A stretch of DNA of 63,155 nucleotides, filler included, from Octopus bimaculoides (taxonomy: Eukaryota), in the NCBI RefSeq assembly GCF_001194135.2. It is 6 parts of 5 records of this genome, joined end to end, with 100 filler letters (N's around TTAATTAATTAA, not from the genome) between each part and the next. Parts side by side here need not be neighbours in the genome. Positions count along the whole stretch, not along the records: positions 51,013 to 62,018 come from NC_068987.1; positions 62,119 to 63,155 come from NC_069000.1; 4 more parts are not named here. One strand, given 5' to 3'. The notes below the pieces were generated by a model. That model did not search any database. It was not told the DNA's origin and worked only from the letters and a program-made list of their open reading frames with translations. This document shows, piece after piece, positions 60,845 to 63,155 of the stretch. Numbering within the stretch: the stretch's first letter is position 1; each line of letters begins with the position of its first letter. The position numbers were made by a program, and so were the translations under genes.

Positions 60845-61140
60845 TGATTAACCCTCCCGTCGAAGGTGACGTATGAGCGTTAAGCTTCTCGACCGACCTG
60901 CACAACTGATTTGTTTATAATGATCAAATGTTCGTACCGCACATTAGCTCACACTCCATCAAATCGATGTTGTCTGAACAGGTGCACGGTGTACTACGCG
61001 TCAGGTGTCGAAGTGATCGGAGAGCAACGTAAGATGAAGTGCTTTGCTCAAGAACACAACGCATCACCCGGTCTAGGAATTGAAACCATGATCTCGCGAC
61101 TGTGAGTACAACACCCTACCCACTGGGCCACGTGCCTCAA
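60845..61140 (-). mobile_element. SINE family D
   Basis: Minus strand GGCACGTGGCCCAGTGGGTAGGG...GGTTTCAATTCC..GTGTTCTTGAGCAAAGCACTTCATCTTACG. Confidence 0.75.
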
Positions 61141-61370
61141 ACAAATACATAACAAAAACACCAGGACATACAAGTATATACAACATACAGGAAATAGCTC
61201 TAGTAGGCACCGCACACGTCCTACGTAAAGCTGTTTCAATCCAGTAACAATAATAAGAGCATCACAACAAACCACAACACAAACCCAAGGCACACAGAGC
61301 TGCGCTCGGTAGAGCAGTGGAAGCACGTAATAAAAATAAGACTACTGAATGATAATGATAATAATAATAA
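61141..61370 (+). mobile_element. R4/Dong 3' end (same family as 6821-8837)
   Basis: CATAACAAAAACACCAGGAC...GCGCTCGGTAG.GCAGTGGAAGCA...AAAATAAGACTACTGAAT(GAT/AAT)n matches 8641-8837. Confidence 0.9.
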
Positions 61371-61665
61371 TTTCATTTATTAGCCACAAGAACGAAAGAT
61401 GAGGAGGACAATATAAAGACATATGTACATATAATGAAGTAAGAAAAAATGAAAGAAAGTAGGTATGCACAGTATACCCTAAAAAAAGAAATTAACATGC
61501 GCATAGCATGCAAAGGTTTCAAAAAGTGGCGGAGATGATAGAGATGTGGGCCTCCTGATACAGGAAAGCCTCTAGCGATAAACGAGGAACCGCACTGTCT
61601 GAGATTTCCCTGAAACCCCAGGAGCACATGCCCTCTCCAATTCCTTCTCTACGACTCACAGGCTC

Positions 61666-61667
<2 letters not shown>

Positions 61668-61701
<34 letters not shown>

Positions 61702-62018
61702 TAGTTTTATTTTTATAACGTGCTTTCACTTCACTACCGAGCGCAGCTCTGTGCGCCTTGGGTATGTGCTGTGGTTTGCTGTGGTGCTCTTATGTTTACT
61801 GTATTGAAAGTGTTTTGCGTAGAATGTGTGCAGTACCCAGTAGTGCAATTTTCTGTATGTTATATATATTTGTAAGTCCTGGTGTTTTTGTTATGTATTT
61901 GTCTGAATATTTTTTTATTATACCTAAGGCACCTACTATGATAGGAATTGTTTCTGTTTTTAGATTCCACATTCGAGTTATCTCTATTTCCAGGTCTTTG
62001 TATTTTGAAAGTTTTTCC
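61668..62018 (-). mobile_element. R4/Dong 3' end (same family), reverse orientation, runs into a gap
   Basis: (ATT)n-CAGTAGTTTTATTTT...CTACCGAGCGCA...TTTTGAAAGTTTTTCC. Confidence 0.9.
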
Positions 62019-62268
62019 NNNNNNNNNNNNNNNNNNNNNNNNNNNNNNNNNNNNNNNNNNNNTTAATTAATTAANNNNNNNNNNNNNNNNNNNNNNNNNN
62101 NNNNNNNNNNNNNNNNNNCAATACGCTATATGTATTTATATATGTACATATAATTAGATATAAAATAATTTATATGTAATATATATATATAATTATACGT
62201 ATGCACGACAAACTACATTATGTTTCTGTGTATATATGCGTATGCTTTCATGTATAAATATATATTAA

Positions 62269-62369
<101 letters not shown>

Positions 62370-63155
62370 TGCGTGCTTGTGTGCACCAAGTTTATTGAAG
62401 AAAAGTAAGAACATGCACTAATCAGTTCCGAAGTAAAGAGTGATAAACTCTTGATACATTTCTACGGTTTCCATTCGACCCTAACACATCTTACGTGAAG
62501 AATATTAGAGAAATATTCTTATAGTCTATATAAGTTATAATTCGACAAAAATCAATACGGTTTCGAAAGAAAATATGATAGTAAAATCATCAAACATTTC
62601 TTTGATGTCCGTTCTTTGTACTCGGAATCCAATCAATGGTTTATAGCATAATCGATGCCCCTCTTTGATACGTCATGCGTTTGTGGACGCTTGGGTTAAA
62701 TGGAGTTTCTGCCATTTCAGAATTATTACTCTACTTTAGGTGTTGCTGTTGTTGTCGTTCTTGTTTTTATCGTTGTTGTGTGAGTGTGATACGGCATAAT
62801 CTCAGCCTGCATGGTATATATATATATATACATACATACATACATACATACATGCAGACATACATATACGCATACAGACGTATATATACATACATATATA
62901 TATGCATATACATACACATATATATATGTGTGTATGTAAATATATGTATGTATATATTGAGGAAGACAGAAATTTATATAATAATGTATTGCACAATGAG
63001 TAATAAATTTAATGAAAAGCCTATATTGCATAATATATAATCAATGGTCTGTATTATGTATATTATGGGTAGTAATATGCAAGGCATATTATACGTCTTG
63101 CCTGACAATCCAGCCAAACTATACACATTGTATCCATGTCTGCAGTCAACAACAA

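Overview
Eukaryotic, AT-rich, gene-poor and repeat-saturated scaffold from a short-read draft assembly (many N-gaps, most next to microsatellites, five containing a TTAATTAATTAA pad). The repeat landscape (tRNA-derived SINEs, R4/Dong and RTE LINEs, Penelope-like elements, mariners, dense microsatellites) strongly suggests a coleoid cephalopod, most likely Octopus; this is inference from pattern recognition, not a database result. I cannot support any intact host protein-coding gene; every recognisable ORF is a decayed transposon. Main observations: (i) at least five hammerhead-ribozyme motifs of the Penelope type, one with intact stems and a compensatory U3-A8 core pair, and three forming a solo retrozyme-like family; (ii) a palindromic element enclosing back-to-back (TAACCC)n/(TTAGGG)n; (iii) an RTE LINE whose C-terminus carries three tandem C2H2 zinc fingers; (iv) a ~450-bp fold-back inside a mariner with both TIRs; (v) (AAT)n tracts acting as nesting hubs for R4/Dong LINEs and a ~550-bp non-coding element; (vi) a GC-rich segment apparently split by a 2.4-kb nested TE block bracketed by a 16-bp direct repeat; (vii) a 91-bp mini-Helitron. 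All assignments were made by eye; most boundaries are approximate unless TIR/TSD positions are given.
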